Positions 8,183-18,743 of a DNA stretch of 64,000 bases are shown piece by piece; within the stretch, counting starts at the first letter, position 1; each line of letters begins with the position of its first letter. Source of the stretch: an uncultured Myxococcales bacterium (GTDB lineage: Bacteria; Myxococcota; B64-G9); assembly GCA_964513625.1 (NCBI GenBank), contig CAZENH010000007.1, positions 4,911 to 68,910 of the forward strand, given 5' to 3'. The position numbers and the translations under genes were made by a program. The notes under the pieces were generated by a model that saw only the letters and a list, made by a program, of their open reading frames with translations, made no database searches and was not told the origin of the DNA.

Positions 8183-11100
8183 ATGCTGGATAAAGGTCGC
8201 CGTTTGGGCATAGACATTGGCGCGTTGTTTCTCAAGGCTGTTCGCCTGGATGATCGGGATAACCCTTCCGAGACCTATTATGGCCAGCATCACGGCGATC
8301 CTGCGCGAACGCTTGAAGAAGCCCTCTCCCAGCTGCACGCATCGGCCGAAGACAGCATTGGCATCACCGGCTCGGCGGCCGGTCTGCTGGCCGACACTCT
8401 GGGGGTCGAACTTCTGGATATCACCCGCTGCCAGATCGCGGCTGTCTTACAACGAGTTCCCCAGGCGCGTAACATCATCGATGTCGGCGGCGCTTCGGTC
8501 ACCCTGGTTCAGCTCGATGAGTCCGGCAAGTTCCAGGGCTATTCAACCAACTCTTTATGCGCTGCCGGTACGGGTTCTTTCCTGGATGAGCAGTCGGGTC
8601 GCATGGACGTCTCCTATGCTGACCAGAAGGAGTTCGAACACACCGATCAACCGCCCTCCATAGCAGCTCGCTGTGCCGTCTTCGCCAAAACCGATCTGAT
8701 TCACCGCCAGCAGGAGGGATTCTCGAAGGCCGAAATGTGGTCGGGTCTCTGCAAAGGCATGACCCGCACGTTATTCGCGACCCTGTTGAACGGCAAACCG
8801 CTGCAGGCTGCCACGGCCGTCATTGGTGGAGTTGCCCAGAACGAAGAAGTTCTGCGTTGGATGCATGCCGCCTATCCCAAGCTGATCCAGGTGCCGCCAC
8901 TACCACACCTGTCGGCAGCAATCGGCGCCGCTCTCCTGGCGGAGCCTCCGTCCCACCCGGTGTCACGGCCGATTCCGGTCCAGCAAGTTCACCTCGAGGA
9001 AACAGGAAACTACGACTGGCCGCTTTCACTGGAAAAGTCGAACTACCCATCCTTCGATGCCCAGGAGTTCTACGTCGATGCGGATGATAACGAAATTCGC
9101 GTACTAGACTGGCCCGCGAATGGAAAAGTTCGCGGTTGGCTGGGAATCGACATTGGTTCCACATCCACAAAACTTGCCCTGGTTGACGAACAGGATCGGA
9201 TCATTCTCGACATTTACCGCAAGACGGGAGGCAATCCAATTGAGGCCACCAAGCTTCTCTTCAGGGCCATGTTGGGCCTGGCCGAAAGAAAGGGTGCGGT
9301 TTATGAGATCCTTGGTGTCGGTACGACTGGCAGCGGCCGCAAGATGGTGGGCAAGGTGATCGGGGCCGACGCTATTGTTAACGAGATCTCGGCCCACGTG
9401 ACCGGGGCGGCCAGGGTCGATCCGACGATCGACACTATCTTCGAGATAGGTGGTCAGGATTCCAAATACATGCACGTGGTCGACGGGCACATCCGGGACG
9501 CCAACATGAACTACGTTTGCGCGGCCGGTACTGGCTCGTTTGTGGAGGAGCAGGCCAAGAAGCTGGGCTACTCGGTCGATAAAATCGGGCCAGCCGTTCT
9601 GGGCATAATGCCTCCACGCACCTCCGATCGTTGCACCGTGTTCATGGAGCAGGACGTGGCCAAGCTCGTACGCTCGGGAGTCAGTCCGGAAGAGGCCATG
9701 GCCGGCGTGATGGTCTCGATCGTCAAGAATTACCTTAATAAAGTGGTGGGTAACCGCCATCGCAGTCGCAGGAAAATCTTCTTTCAGGGAGCCACGGCCC
9801 GCAATCAGGGTCTGGTGGCGGCCTTCGAGCACCTGATGGAGTGCGAGATAGTCGTCTCTCCCTATTGCCACGTGATGGGTTCGTACGGGGTTGCCTTGCT
9901 CACACGGGCCGCTATGGCCGAGCAGGCCATAAGCGAAAGCAGCTTTGCCGGCCTCGACCTTGACCGACGCGCCATTTCCATTCGCAAGGAAACCTGCAAG
10001 TTGTGCCAGAATCAATGCTCGATCTCTTTTGCCGACATTGAGGGGTTTCAGGACTCTCCTTCATGGGGCTACATGTGCGGCCGAGATCCTGATGAGGATA
10101 AAGTCAGAGTCAATCCCCACGACAAGCCCTTCCGGGTGAGAACCCGACTTTGGCGTGAAGGAGGAAAAGGTGTGCCGGTTGCCGACAACGCGCCGGTGGT
10201 TGGTATCCCTCAGTCATTGACGACATACACCTACCTGCCCCTTTGGCGGCGTTTCTTCAACCGTCTGGGTTACAAGATCCTCCTTTCGGGTTATACAGAC
10301 GCCAAAACCCGTGCCTTGGCGAGCAAGCTTGCCGGTGCCGAGTTCTGCTTCCCGGCCAAGATTGCCATTGGCCACGCCGCCAGCCTGGCCACTAAAGAGG
10401 GTGTAGATTTCATCTTCGTGCCGCACATGGTTTCAGAGGTCAAGAACCAGCAGTCCACGGCGTCCAAGTTCTGCCCATATGTTCAGGCGGCGCCGGCCTA
10501 CATCCGCTCGGCCCTGGATCTTAACGGTCAGGACTCATCGCGAGTGCTGTCGCCCGTGGTTGACATGCGCCTGGCAGAGAACCGGATGATTGAGCTGCTG
10601 GCCAGAAACCTGACCGGCCCGCTGGGTCGCACGAAAAAGGAAATACAGGCCGCTTTCCTTGATGCACTTGGTTGCCAGCGTGACTTCGAGGAAAGTTGTC
10701 GCCAAGAGGGTCGTAAGGTGGTTGCCGCGGCCAAGGTCAAGGGCGAGAAGCTGGTAGTCCTGGCTGGGCGACCCTATAACAACAATGACAGCGGCATCAA
10801 CTTGGGCCTGCCGCAAAAGCTGGCCGAACAGGGTCGCACGGTCTTACCACTGGAGTTTCTGGATCTCGATTTATACCTTCTTGGCGAGCGATATCGCAAC
10901 ACATTCTGGAACTACGGGCAGAAGATTTTAGCGGCCCTCAAGAAAGTAGCGTTGGATGACAGCCTCGATGTCGTCTACTTGACCAACTTCAACTGTGGTC
11001 CGGATAGTTTTTTACTGACCTATGCAGAAGAAATCCTGGGCGACAAGCCTTTCCTGGCCTTAGAGCTGGACGAGCACGGCGCCGATGCTGGCTACATGAC

Positions 11101-12418
11101 ACGTATCGAAGCATTCTTCGACGTGCTGCGCAGGCCGCGCTCGAAGCCGTCATCGCAGCAGCAGTTCAGGCCCGAACCGACGGATCTAAAGGATCGCACC
11201 ATCTGGATTCCCCCGATGCACCCATTCGGAACCCCGCTGGTCGCCGCGGCTTTTCGCGGACACGGCTTCCGCTCGCAGCCGCTACCACCAGAAAACAAGG
11301 AGTCGTTCGAAATAGGCCGCTCGCTGACGCGCGGTTCCGAGTGTCTACCGACCTCGCTTACAATCGGAACATTTCTGAAGACGATTCGCTCACAGGAGCA
11401 TCCCGGGAGGCACGCATTTTTCATGCCCACCGCCGAGGGGCCTTGCCGCTTCGGACAGTATTGCACACTGCACCGCCAGATTCTCGATCGTCAGGGCCTG
11501 GACGACGTGGCTATCCTTTCTCCTTCGAGCTACAATTCCTACCAGGGTCTCGATGAACCGGTGCGCCGCAGCATCTGGAAGGCTTTTGTGGCGGCCGATG
11601 TTCTCTACAAGGCGGCTTGCAAGGTGCGACCATACGAAGTTCAACCCGGTCAAACCGATCGAGTCGTTGCCCGGCAGCAAACCATGCTGGAATCTGTGCT
11701 GGAACGAGGCGGAGACCTCTACTCCGCGGTGGCCACTGCCGTCAAGCGCGTCTCGGCGGTTGAGACAGGCGGTTCTCCAAGGCCGCTTGTAGGCGTGGTG
11801 GGCGAGATCTACGTCAGATGCAACGAGTTTGCCAACGAGAATGTTGTAAGGTCCATTGAGCGTTTTGGCGGAGAGGCATGGCTGGCTCCGATGTCCGAGT
11901 GGATACTCTACACTGCCGTCACTCAGAGCATTTCTTTCCGTGATCGCTCGCGAAACTTCCTGAAGAAATGGATATCGGATCTGAAAAACCTTTATGTCTT
12001 TCACGTCGAGCGTAAAATGTACGAGGTGGCCGGGCCATTTCTGAAAGATCGCCACGAGCCGGACATTCACCAGGTGGTCGACGCCGGCAGCCGCATTTTG
12101 CCGATCCAGTTCGAAGGCGAGGCATTAATAACAGTCGGCCGCACGGTCAAATTCGCCGACCAGGGTGCTGCCATGGTGGTTAATTGCGCGCCCTTCGGAT
12201 GCATGCCCGGTACCTTGACCACTGCCCTGTTTCGGAAGCTGGCTCCCGAGCTGGGCATTCCTGTGGTCGGAATGTTCTACGATGGTGCCGGTAATCAGAA
12301 TGAAAGGCTGAAGATCTTTTTAAACAACGCCGTCAAGAAAAGGCGGACTCCGTCCATTTCTCGGGCAAGGCGCAAGCAGATCAGGACCAGCACCGGTACG
12401 CACACTTCCGCGCAATAA
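8183..12418 (+). CDS. Giant fusion: two BadF/BadG/BcrA/BcrD-type ATPase (CoA-substrate-specific enzyme activase) domains + 2-hydroxyacyl-CoA dehydratase (HgdB/BcrB-like, DUF2229) C-terminal region
   Basis: Two acetate/sugar-kinase-fold modules are present (GIDIGALFLKAVRL...NSLCAAGTGSFLDEQ and GIDIGSTSTKLALV...NYVCAAGTGSFVEEQ), each with the conserved Cys that ligates the bridging [4Fe-4S] cluster. The C-terminal ~650 aa has dehydratase-D-component character. A GGAGGA RBS sits 6 nt before ATG 8183. The table's earlier ATG 8126 gives a 19-aa extension. Confidence 0.75.
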   Translation: MLDKGRRLGIDIGALFLKAVRLDDRDNPSETYYGQHHGDPARTLEEALSQLHASAEDSIGITGSAAGLLADTLGVELLDITRCQIAAVLQRVPQARNIIDVGGASVTLVQLDESGKFQGYSTNSLCAAGTGSFLDEQSGRMDVSYADQKEFEHTDQPPSIAARCAVFAKTDLIHRQQEGFSKAEMWSGLCKGMTRTLFATLLNGKPLQAATAVIGGVAQNEEVLRWMHAAYPKLIQVPPLPHLSAAIGAALLAEPPSHPVSRPIPVQQVHLEETGNYDWPLSLEKSNYPSFDAQEFYVDADDNEIRVLDWPANGKVRGWLGIDIGSTSTKLALVDEQDRIILDIYRKTGGNPIEATKLLFRAMLGLAERKGAVYEILGVGTTGSGRKMVGKVIGADAIVNEISAHVTGAARVDPTIDTIFEIGGQDSKYMHVVDGHIRDANMNYVCAAGTGSFVEEQAKKLGYSVDKIGPAVLGIMPPRTSDRCTVFMEQDVAKLVRSGVSPEEAMAGVMVSIVKNYLNKVVGNRHRSRRKIFFQGATARNQGLVAAFEHLMECEIVVSPYCHVMGSYGVALLTRAAMAEQAISESSFAGLDLDRRAISIRKETCKLCQNQCSISFADIEGFQDSPSWGYMCGRDPDEDKVRVNPHDKPFRVRTRLWREGGKGVPVADNAPVVGIPQSLTTYTYLPLWRRFFNRLGYKILLSGYTDAKTRALASKLAGAEFCFPAKIAIGHAASLATKEGVDFIFVPHMVSEVKNQQSTASKFCPYVQAAPAYIRSALDLNGQDSSRVLSPVVDMRLAENRMIELLARNLTGPLGRTKKEIQAAFLDALGCQRDFEESCRQEGRKVVAAAKVKGEKLVVLAGRPYNNNDSGINLGLPQKLAEQGRTVLPLEFLDLDLYLLGERYRNTFWNYGQKILAALKKVALDDSLDVVYLTNFNCGPDSFLLTYAEEILGDKPFLALELDEHGADAGYMTRIEAFFDVLRRPRSKPSSQQQFRPEPTDLKDRTIWIPPMHPFGTPLVAAAFRGHGFRSQPLPPENKESFEIGRSLTRGSECLPTSLTIGTFLKTIRSQEHPGRHAFFMPTAEGPCRFGQYCTLHRQILDRQGLDDVAILSPSSYNSYQGLDEPVRRSIWKAFVAADVLYKAACKVRPYEVQPGQTDRVVARQQTMLESVLERGGDLYSAVATAVKRVSAVETGGSPRPLVGVVGEIYVRCNEFANENVVRSIERFGGEAWLAPMSEWILYTAVTQSISFRDRSRNFLKKWISDLKNLYVFHVERKMYEVAGPFLKDRHEPDIHQVVDAGSRILPIQFEGEALITVGRTVKFADQGAAMVVNCAPFGCMPGTLTTALFRKLAPELGIPVVGMFYDGAGNQNERLKIFLNNAVKKRRTPSISRARRKQIRTSTGTHTSAQ

Positions 12419-12431
12419 GGCCTGAGATGTT

Positions 12432-13337
12432 TCAGGCGACTACGCAGTTTCGCCCTTTGTGTTTGGCATCGTAGAGACGCTCGTCAGCCTCGCGGAGAAA
12501 ATTCATAGGATCAGCAGCCATAGGCGACAACTCGGCGCACCCGAGTGAGACGGTCAGTGGAATCTTGGTTTCGGCAAACATGAAATCATGCCGCTCAACC
12601 ATCCGGCGGGCTTTTTCCGCCAAAGTGGCGGCGGTAGAGAGTGTTGTTTCTGGTAAGGCAATGACAAACTCCTCGCCACCGTAGCGCGACATTAATTCCT
12701 CGCGACGCACCAGCTTGGAAAGAAGCGCGCACAACTCTTTGAGGATAAAATCTCCGGCCAGGTGGCCATAGGTGTCATTGACCTTCTTGAAGTGATCAAT
12801 ATCGAGCATGATCAGGCTCAATGGCCTCCCAAAGCGAATTGTACGGGCGATCTCCCGATCGAGAAACTCTATCAAGTATCTCTTGTTTGCCACTTGGGTG
12901 AGACCGTCAGTAATCGTCATCCGGTAGATTTCTTCGTGGTAGAGTCCCTCGATATTGCCACCCGAGATGAACTTGAAGACTACACCGCCGATCTTTATTA
13001 AATCTCCGTGCCGCAAGCGCTCGCGTTTTATTGGAACGTCGTTGAGATAAGTGCCGTTGGTGCTTTCGAGATCCTCTATGAAGATCGACGGGGGCACCCG
13101 TTCCAGGCGAGCATGATTGCGAGAAACGTTTTCATGGTCAATCTGAATTGTGTTGGTAGGTTCACGCCCGATGGTGATCAGGTCACTTTCAAATGGATAG
13201 TTCTTGCCCAGGGCCGGGCCATATATCTCAATAAGAAAACTCTTTTGGGAAGTGCCGATCTTGCGGATCTCGGAAAGCTTGGCTTTGCGAGTCTGATCGT
13301 CCGACATCGGACCGTCTTTGTTAGACTCCATACCCAT
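12432..13337 (-). CDS. FHA-domain diguanylate cyclase (FHA + GGDEF, GGEEF active site)
   Basis: The N-terminus is FHA-like (LITIGREPTNTIQIDHENVSRNHARL...STNGTYLND). A GGDEF domain follows (RYGGEEFVIALP, DHFKKVNDTYGH). Confidence 0.8.
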   Translation of the reverse strand: MGMESNKDGPMSDDQTRKAKLSEIRKIGTSQKSFLIEIYGPALGKNYPFESDLITIGREPTNTIQIDHENVSRNHARLERVPPSIFIEDLESTNGTYLNDVPIKRERLRHGDLIKIGGVVFKFISGGNIEGLYHEEIYRMTITDGLTQVANKRYLIEFLDREIARTIRFGRPLSLIMLDIDHFKKVNDTYGHLAGDFILKELCALLSKLVRREELMSRYGGEEFVIALPETTLSTAATLAEKARRMVERHDFMFAETKIPLTVSLGCAELSPMAADPMNFLREADERLYDAKHKGRNCVVA

Positions 13338-13456
13338 GGCGCTGGATTATAAGAACGTAACCCGAACTAGGCAAGCCTCAAACTCGACAGTTCCCGTGGA
13401 AGCTCTATCTGTATGACTTTTTTGACTTTTGACAATGCCCGTGCTACTTCAGCGCA

Positions 13457-14956
13457 GTGCGTGTCTATCATACAATAAAAACTCCGCAACGCCGCCGGGG
13501 CTGGCTAGGTATAAAGCCCGGATGGATTTTATTGCTCATTGGCCTGGGCGTCTTCAATATCTACCTGCTTTTTATCAAGGGCCTGCCGGGCCTGGCGGGC
13601 AATAAGGCTGCGCATTCAGGCACGCATGACGTGACGACGGCAAGAGATCTCAGAAATACACGATCATCGAAGGTTGTCTTTGAGAGCAGCATGGGAGAGG
13701 TGCGCGGGGTCTCCGGAATCCGTGACCAGGGGGCGATCGTCTCGACTCCCAGGCCTCATCGCTCGCGATTGCGTTTCGACCTGGAAGAAGGCCGGGAAAT
13801 TGCGGGCTTGCGCTCACTCGATCAGTGGTGCGAGCGAACCAGGGGTTCTATCGAAAACGGAGACACACTTGTCACGGCGCTCGAGCGCAGCGGTCTGGAC
13901 GGCACCCGTGCGTTTGGCCTGATTCATGCGCTGAAAGGCGTTTTCGACTTCCGCCGCTGCCGTCCCGGTGATCACTTCGAGATACTGCGCTCTCCGAACG
14001 GTGGAGTTGAGCGCTTTGTATACCACCAGTCGGCGCTGGTGGCCTACCGCGTCGAACGCAGGAATGGTCGGCTAGTCAGCCGCCGGGAAGAAAAAAAAGC
14101 GATTGTCAAAGTCTCACCGGTGTCGGTTCGTATCGAGGGATCTCTGTATGCCTCGATAGGCAGGGCCGGAGAATCGCTGTCTTTGGTTATGGATCTCGTC
14201 GACATCTTCGCCTGGGACATCGATTTCTACACCGACTGCCGTCCTGGTGACATTGTGCGCATTTTGGTTGAGAAGATCGAAGTGGGCGGCAAGTTTGTTC
14301 GCTACGGAAATATTTTAGCGGCGGAATATGATGGAGAGATCGGAGTCAAGCGCGCCTTCAGATACAAGACAGCATCTGGAAGAGTGGGCTATTATGATGA
14401 GTCGGGGGATTCATTGCGAAAGGCGTTTCTCAAGTCACCTTTGAAATTCACTCGCATCTCGTCCGGATTTGGCATGAGGGTGCATCCGATCCTGGGATTT
14501 TCCAAGAAACACTACGGTGTCGATTTGGCAGCGCCCCGAGGCACGCCTATTTGGGCCCCCGCCGACGGGACCGTGACTTTTGCCGGTCGCCAGGGAATCA
14601 GTGGAAAGCTGATAAAGTTGCGCCACGTCAACGGCTACCAAACGATCTTTGCCCATTTGAACAAAATAGCCCACGACGTGCGTATGGGAGTTAGGGTCAG
14701 CCAGAAACAAGTTATCGGTACGGTAGGTTCGACCGGCCGTACAACCGGGCCGCACCTGCATTACGGCATGAAGAAAAACGGTGCGTACATTAATCCGTTC
14801 ACCCAGAAATTTCCGCCGGCTAGCCCGGTCTCGAAGAAAGAACTCTCCACCTACCTGCGGGCCATCTCTGGTCTGCTGGATCGGCTTGAGAAAATTCCTC
14901 GACCTTCAGCCACAAAGACTGCCGCGGTACCCGTAAAAGCAAGGGACGCAGGATGA
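13457..14956 (+). CDS. M23-family metallopeptidase (LytM/MepM-like murein endopeptidase) with N-terminal TM anchor
   Basis: The C-terminal domain has HYGVDLAAPRGTPIWAPADGTV...GRTTGPHLHYGM (HxxxD / HxH M23 motifs). A TM helix (WILLLIGLGVFNIYLLFI) lies near the N-terminus. Confidence 0.8.
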   Translation: MRVYHTIKTPQRRRGWLGIKPGWILLLIGLGVFNIYLLFIKGLPGLAGNKAAHSGTHDVTTARDLRNTRSSKVVFESSMGEVRGVSGIRDQGAIVSTPRPHRSRLRFDLEEGREIAGLRSLDQWCERTRGSIENGDTLVTALERSGLDGTRAFGLIHALKGVFDFRRCRPGDHFEILRSPNGGVERFVYHQSALVAYRVERRNGRLVSRREEKKAIVKVSPVSVRIEGSLYASIGRAGESLSLVMDLVDIFAWDIDFYTDCRPGDIVRILVEKIEVGGKFVRYGNILAAEYDGEIGVKRAFRYKTASGRVGYYDESGDSLRKAFLKSPLKFTRISSGFGMRVHPILGFSKKHYGVDLAAPRGTPIWAPADGTVTFAGRQGISGKLIKLRHVNGYQTIFAHLNKIAHDVRMGVRVSQKQVIGTVGSTGRTTGPHLHYGMKKNGAYINPFTQKFPPASPVSKKELSTYLRAISGLLDRLEKIPRPSATKTAAVPVKARDAG

Positions 14957-16656
14957 TTGGCGTCCTGGTGCAGATCCTGACGCTCCTTTTTCAGGTGGCT
15001 GTCGGGAGCGCGGGATCTGATATTGATCCGGTTGACGAGATAGTGGCGGGTATGACTGTCGAACAGAAAGTCGGACAACTTATGATGGTCGGATTTGGCG
15101 GCAAAAAAATGGGGCCCGCCATCGCCGACCTGCTGACCGGTTGTCACATTGGTTCGGTGGCCCTGTATAGTCGCAATATAATAAACACAGAACAACTGGC
15201 TAAGCTTATTGGCGACATTCACGAGGTCATGCGTGGCGATGTTCAACCTTTTGTGGCCATAGATCAGGAAGGCGGAAACGTTGTTCGTTTGCACTCCGAT
15301 GTAATCGTCTTGCCCGGTGCTATGGCTCTTGGTGCCACCCGGGACATGGTTTTGGCATTTTTGGTCGGGCAGGCAAGTGCCATAGACCTGGGACTTGTGG
15401 GCATTGACATGAACCTGGCGCCGGTACTGGACATTAATCGCAATCCGCACAATCCGGTAATCAATATTCGCGCCTACGGCGATAAGCCCGAACTGGTAGC
15501 AAGACTCGGGGTTCGCTTCATCCAGGGCCAACAACTGGCCGGCATGGCTACGGTTGCAAAGCATTTTCCGGGTCACGGATCCACCGCAAAGGATTCTCAT
15601 TTTTTCCTGCCGGAGATCCATCTCGATCGTGAGCAGTTAACCAACAACGATTTGCTTCCCTTTCGACGGGCAATCGACGCCGGATTGGATGCCATCATGA
15701 CTGCCCACGTGCGAGTGCCCGCCATCGATCCGAGCGGTCTGCCGGCATCGCTGTCGCAAAAAGTAATCAGTGGATTGCTGAGGAAGGAAATGGGTTTCGA
15801 CGGCCTGGTAATTACCGACGATCTGGAGATGCGAGCCATCTTGAATATGATGCCGGCCGGCCGGGCCGCAGTCACGGCTATTGAGGCAGGAGCCGACGTC
15901 GTAATGGTTATCTGGACGTCACAGAAGAAACACGAGGTCTACCAGAGCCTGCTGGATGCGGTTCGTTCGGGCGCGATAACCCGGGCACGCCTCGAAGAGT
16001 CGGTTCGCCGTGTCGTGCGGTTGAAACTCCGGCGCAGAAATATTTTTGCGGCGCCCAGCGAGACAGCGCACCTGTCCGCCGTTCTGCCCAATCCCATGCA
16101 TACGCGGCTTGCGCAAACAATAGCCCGGAGGGCCATTACCTTGGTAAGCAACAAGGGCTCGCTAGTACCGCTGCGAGGTGGTAGCGGAGTACTTGCTGCC
16201 GGACCCCAGAGAGTATTTCTGAAGGAGCTCAAGCGACAGTTGCCCGGAGTGACTGTTTTTAACACGCGCCGGGTCCCATCCTCCAGGCACCGCACGAAAG
16301 ACCTCAAAGACCTGATCGCGCTGGCACGAAAAAGCCGGGTAATCGTCGTAGCGGTAGTAAATGCATACCAGGCCTGGCTGGTTCAACGCCTCTATCACCA
16401 GGTCAAGGTTCCCATCGTGGCCGTGTCTTTCGGCTCTCCATACTTTATCCGTAACTTTCCCGGCGTGGCCGCATATCTTTGCACCTATTCGTACCTCCCA
16501 GCGGCCCAGAAGGCAGCCGCGCTTGCCTTGAGCGGCAAGATCTCCATCACCGGCCGACTGCCGGCGACGCTATCCGAAAGACATCGCTTTGGCCAGGGCC
16601 TGATGACCAGAAAGCTGAATCATCCAGGCCCGCGCACGGCAGCGGTCGGCAGGTAA
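14953..16656 (+). CDS. nagZ: Glycoside hydrolase family 3 beta-N-acetylhexosaminidase (NagZ-like) with signal peptide and C-terminal domain
   Basis: A GH3 N-terminal domain is present (KVGQLMMVGF, AIDQEGGNVVRL, KHFPGHGST, GFDGLVITDDLEM). It overlaps the M23 gene stop by 4 nt, consistent with a peptidoglycan-recycling pair. Confidence 0.75.
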   Translation: MIGVLVQILTLLFQVAVGSAGSDIDPVDEIVAGMTVEQKVGQLMMVGFGGKKMGPAIADLLTGCHIGSVALYSRNIINTEQLAKLIGDIHEVMRGDVQPFVAIDQEGGNVVRLHSDVIVLPGAMALGATRDMVLAFLVGQASAIDLGLVGIDMNLAPVLDINRNPHNPVINIRAYGDKPELVARLGVRFIQGQQLAGMATVAKHFPGHGSTAKDSHFFLPEIHLDREQLTNNDLLPFRRAIDAGLDAIMTAHVRVPAIDPSGLPASLSQKVISGLLRKEMGFDGLVITDDLEMRAILNMMPAGRAAVTAIEAGADVVMVIWTSQKKHEVYQSLLDAVRSGAITRARLEESVRRVVRLKLRRRNIFAAPSETAHLSAVLPNPMHTRLAQTIARRAITLVSNKGSLVPLRGGSGVLAAGPQRVFLKELKRQLPGVTVFNTRRVPSSRHRTKDLKDLIALARKSRVIVVAVVNAYQAWLVQRLYHQVKVPIVAVSFGSPYFIRNFPGVAAYLCTYSYLPAAQKAAALALSGKISITGRLPATLSERHRFGQGLMTRKLNHPGPRTAAVGR

Positions 16657-16713
16657 ACCGGCAGATCATATTGAGTTTGCCTAGGCGCGGGCTGTGGAGT
16701 AGACTTTCTTCTC

Positions 16714-18339
16714 ATGAATGTCGACTATTTGCCGGCCTTCAAGCGCGAGGGGAGGATCGAGGAGATCCCGCTCCCGGTCCTGATCGTTCATATTCTGGAC
16801 GAGAGACTCAGTGGCCGGTTGTACATCGAGGAAGCCGGTACAAAATCTTGGATCTACTTCGAGGAGGGGTTTCCGGCGGGCGTCTTCGCTTCCAAATCGC
16901 AGGATTTTCTTGGAACCGTTCTGCGCGAGCTGGGTTACATCGACGATGCTGCTTTCAACCAATCGTTGATGATGATGTCCAAGACCAAGCGCCTGCAGGG
17001 CGAACTTCTGGTGGAGGCCGGAAAGATCGACAGCGAGCAGCTCGAACGCGCACTGTCGCTGCAGTTGGCGCGCAAACTGGCTCGCCTTTTCACCATTCGC
17101 GCCGGCGATTTCCGATTCGCGGAGGACGAGGAACTTACTCCTCCGATGGAGCCAATCCGCATCAATACCTATGCATTGATCTACAACGGCATCAAGAACA
17201 GCTACCACGGCGAGGACCTGAAGAAGGGCTTGCAAATACTTGTTGGCAGGTCATGCAAGGTTACGGGACTTTTCGTCGAGCGCAAGGAATTGTTCGAATT
17301 TCCCCCTGACGACGTGGCTGATGCCGAACTGCTGCGCGAGTTCCGCCTGCCACAGGTTTTTGTCAGGGCAAATCGCAGCGGCCCGACCTCGGGGATGATG
17401 ATGTTGCTGGCACTGCTCTATTGCGGCATGCTCGAACTCGAAGAGGCCGAATTTGCCGTGCCGATTAAGGGTGCCCGTGTTCCCCGGGCCGAGTCAGCCA
17501 ATGCCTCAACTGCTCGTTCCGGCGCCACTGCCAGGCCGCGCGCTCAAGCGGGTGCAACGCCAGCAAGCAGCGTTTCGGTGAGTGGCGCGAGATCCAGGCA
17601 AACCGGCAAGAAAGTCTCAGATGAACTTATCAAGAAGATCAACGACAAGTTCGAGCAGGTCAAGTCTGGAGAGCTGTGGCAGATTCTCGAGGTTGAAAAG
17701 AATGCCGGCTCCGAGATCATCAAGAACTCGTATATCACTCTGGCCAAGGTTTATCACCCCGACAGGGTTTCGGGAGCGGGAGACGAGGAACTCTCGCACC
17801 GCATGGACTTGATCTTTGCCAGGATCAACGAGGCCTACCAGGTGCTCAGCGATCCCAAACGTCGAGTCGAGTATGAAAAAACAGCAACCGCCGACACCAA
17901 GCCGGACCAGCCCCGTCCGGAAGAGGCCAGGATTCAATTCCAGAAGGCGCAGGTATACCTGAAAAAGAAAGATCTTACAAAGGCGGCCGAGGCTATTCGC
18001 TGGGCCGCCGATCTTGACCCCGGCAACGGAGACTACAAGGCATACAAAACCTGGATAGAAAATCTGCGTGAGAAGCAGGGTTCACCGATTGAACGCCTGA
18101 CCCAGGCCAAGGCCGATTTGATAGACGTAGTCAAGGGGTACCCAGAGTCTTTCTACGCGTACAAGTTCCTAGCAAAGGTCTGCAAGGATCTGAACGACAC
18201 ACAAACCTATTACAAAGCTTTAAAAAATGCTTCCCAGCTGAACCCCAAGGATGTAGACATCGCCCGCCAGTTACGCCTGTTTAACATGCGCAAGGAAAAA
18301 GAGGGTCGGGGCTGGCTAAAAAAGAAATTTACCAAGTGA
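16714..18339 (+). CDS. DUF4388 domain + J-domain (HPD intact) + TPR-repeat protein
   Basis: The N-terminus is DUF4388-like (LPVLIVHILDERLSGRLYIE...). A J-domain follows (ITLAKVYHPDRVSG...INEAYQVLSDPKRRVEYE). The C-terminus has TPR-like helices. Confidence 0.7.
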   Translation: MNVDYLPAFKREGRIEEIPLPVLIVHILDERLSGRLYIEEAGTKSWIYFEEGFPAGVFASKSQDFLGTVLRELGYIDDAAFNQSLMMMSKTKRLQGELLVEAGKIDSEQLERALSLQLARKLARLFTIRAGDFRFAEDEELTPPMEPIRINTYALIYNGIKNSYHGEDLKKGLQILVGRSCKVTGLFVERKELFEFPPDDVADAELLREFRLPQVFVRANRSGPTSGMMMLLALLYCGMLELEEAEFAVPIKGARVPRAESANASTARSGATARPRAQAGATPASSVSVSGARSRQTGKKVSDELIKKINDKFEQVKSGELWQILEVEKNAGSEIIKNSYITLAKVYHPDRVSGAGDEELSHRMDLIFARINEAYQVLSDPKRRVEYEKTATADTKPDQPRPEEARIQFQKAQVYLKKKDLTKAAEAIRWAADLDPGNGDYKAYKTWIENLREKQGSPIERLTQAKADLIDVVKGYPESFYAYKFLAKVCKDLNDTQTYYKALKNASQLNPKDVDIARQLRLFNMRKEKEGRGWLKKKFTK

Positions 18340-18366
18340 AATTTTTCGACGCCAAGCCGCAGGCGC

Positions 18367-18714
18367 TCAGTCTTCAGAGAGGTAAGCGTCCAGGGCGGCC
18401 TGTTCGGTTTCGCTCAGGTCCATAAATTGGATGCCCATACCCGCCTGATCGGTTGGATCGTTCTCATCAGGGTTGCGTTTCACCCACACGACCTGACCGC
18501 GGGTGCGAACGGCCATCTGGGTGCCGGGGAAAGTGAATGAAATCCAGAAAACTTTACCGACCTCGAATAACAGGTCGGATTTGAGAAAAAGGCCGCCCTT
18601 GCTCACATCATGGCTGTCGAAAATCAGTTCTCCGCCGGTGAAGCCGTCACCAATCTCGATCTCCGCCTCTAGGCGGTGACGCGAGAATTTTCGATGATTT
18701 CGTCGCTGGTCCAT
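18367..18714 (-). CDS. PilZ-domain c-di-GMP binding protein
   Basis: It carries an RxxxR motif (RRNHRKFSRHR) and a DxSxGG motif (DVSKGGLFL). It lies immediately downstream of rpoZ on the same strand. Confidence 0.75.
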   Translation of the reverse strand: MDQRRNHRKFSRHRLEAEIEIGDGFTGGELIFDSHDVSKGGLFLKSDLLFEVGKVFWISFTFPGTQMAVRTRGQVVWVKRNPDENDPTDQAGMGIQFMDLSETEQAALDAYLSED

Positions 18715-18743
18715 GATTCGAGGCGGCCCGGCCGGGCACTATC

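Noticed and set aside
9104-10015. 303-aa minus-strand ORF, and others at 10535..10816 and 11390..12070
   Set aside because: They lie entirely inside, and antisense to, the 1412-aa activase/dehydratase gene. There are no RBSs or recognisable motifs, as expected for open antisense frames in high-GC DNA.
13420-13440. TTGACTTTTGACA direct repeat resembling a sigma-70 -35 upstream of the M23 peptidase gene
   Set aside because: There is no convincing -10 at 16-18 nt spacing. Using it would also force the peptidase start downstream of its predicted TM anchor.
14851-15621. 256-aa minus-strand ORF
   Set aside because: It is antisense to the GH3/NagZ gene, which has strong motif support.
16479-17309. 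276-aa plus-strand Arg/Gly-rich ORF
   Set aside because: It overlaps the nagZ 3' end and the well-supported DUF4388-J gene in another frame. It is a shadow ORF.
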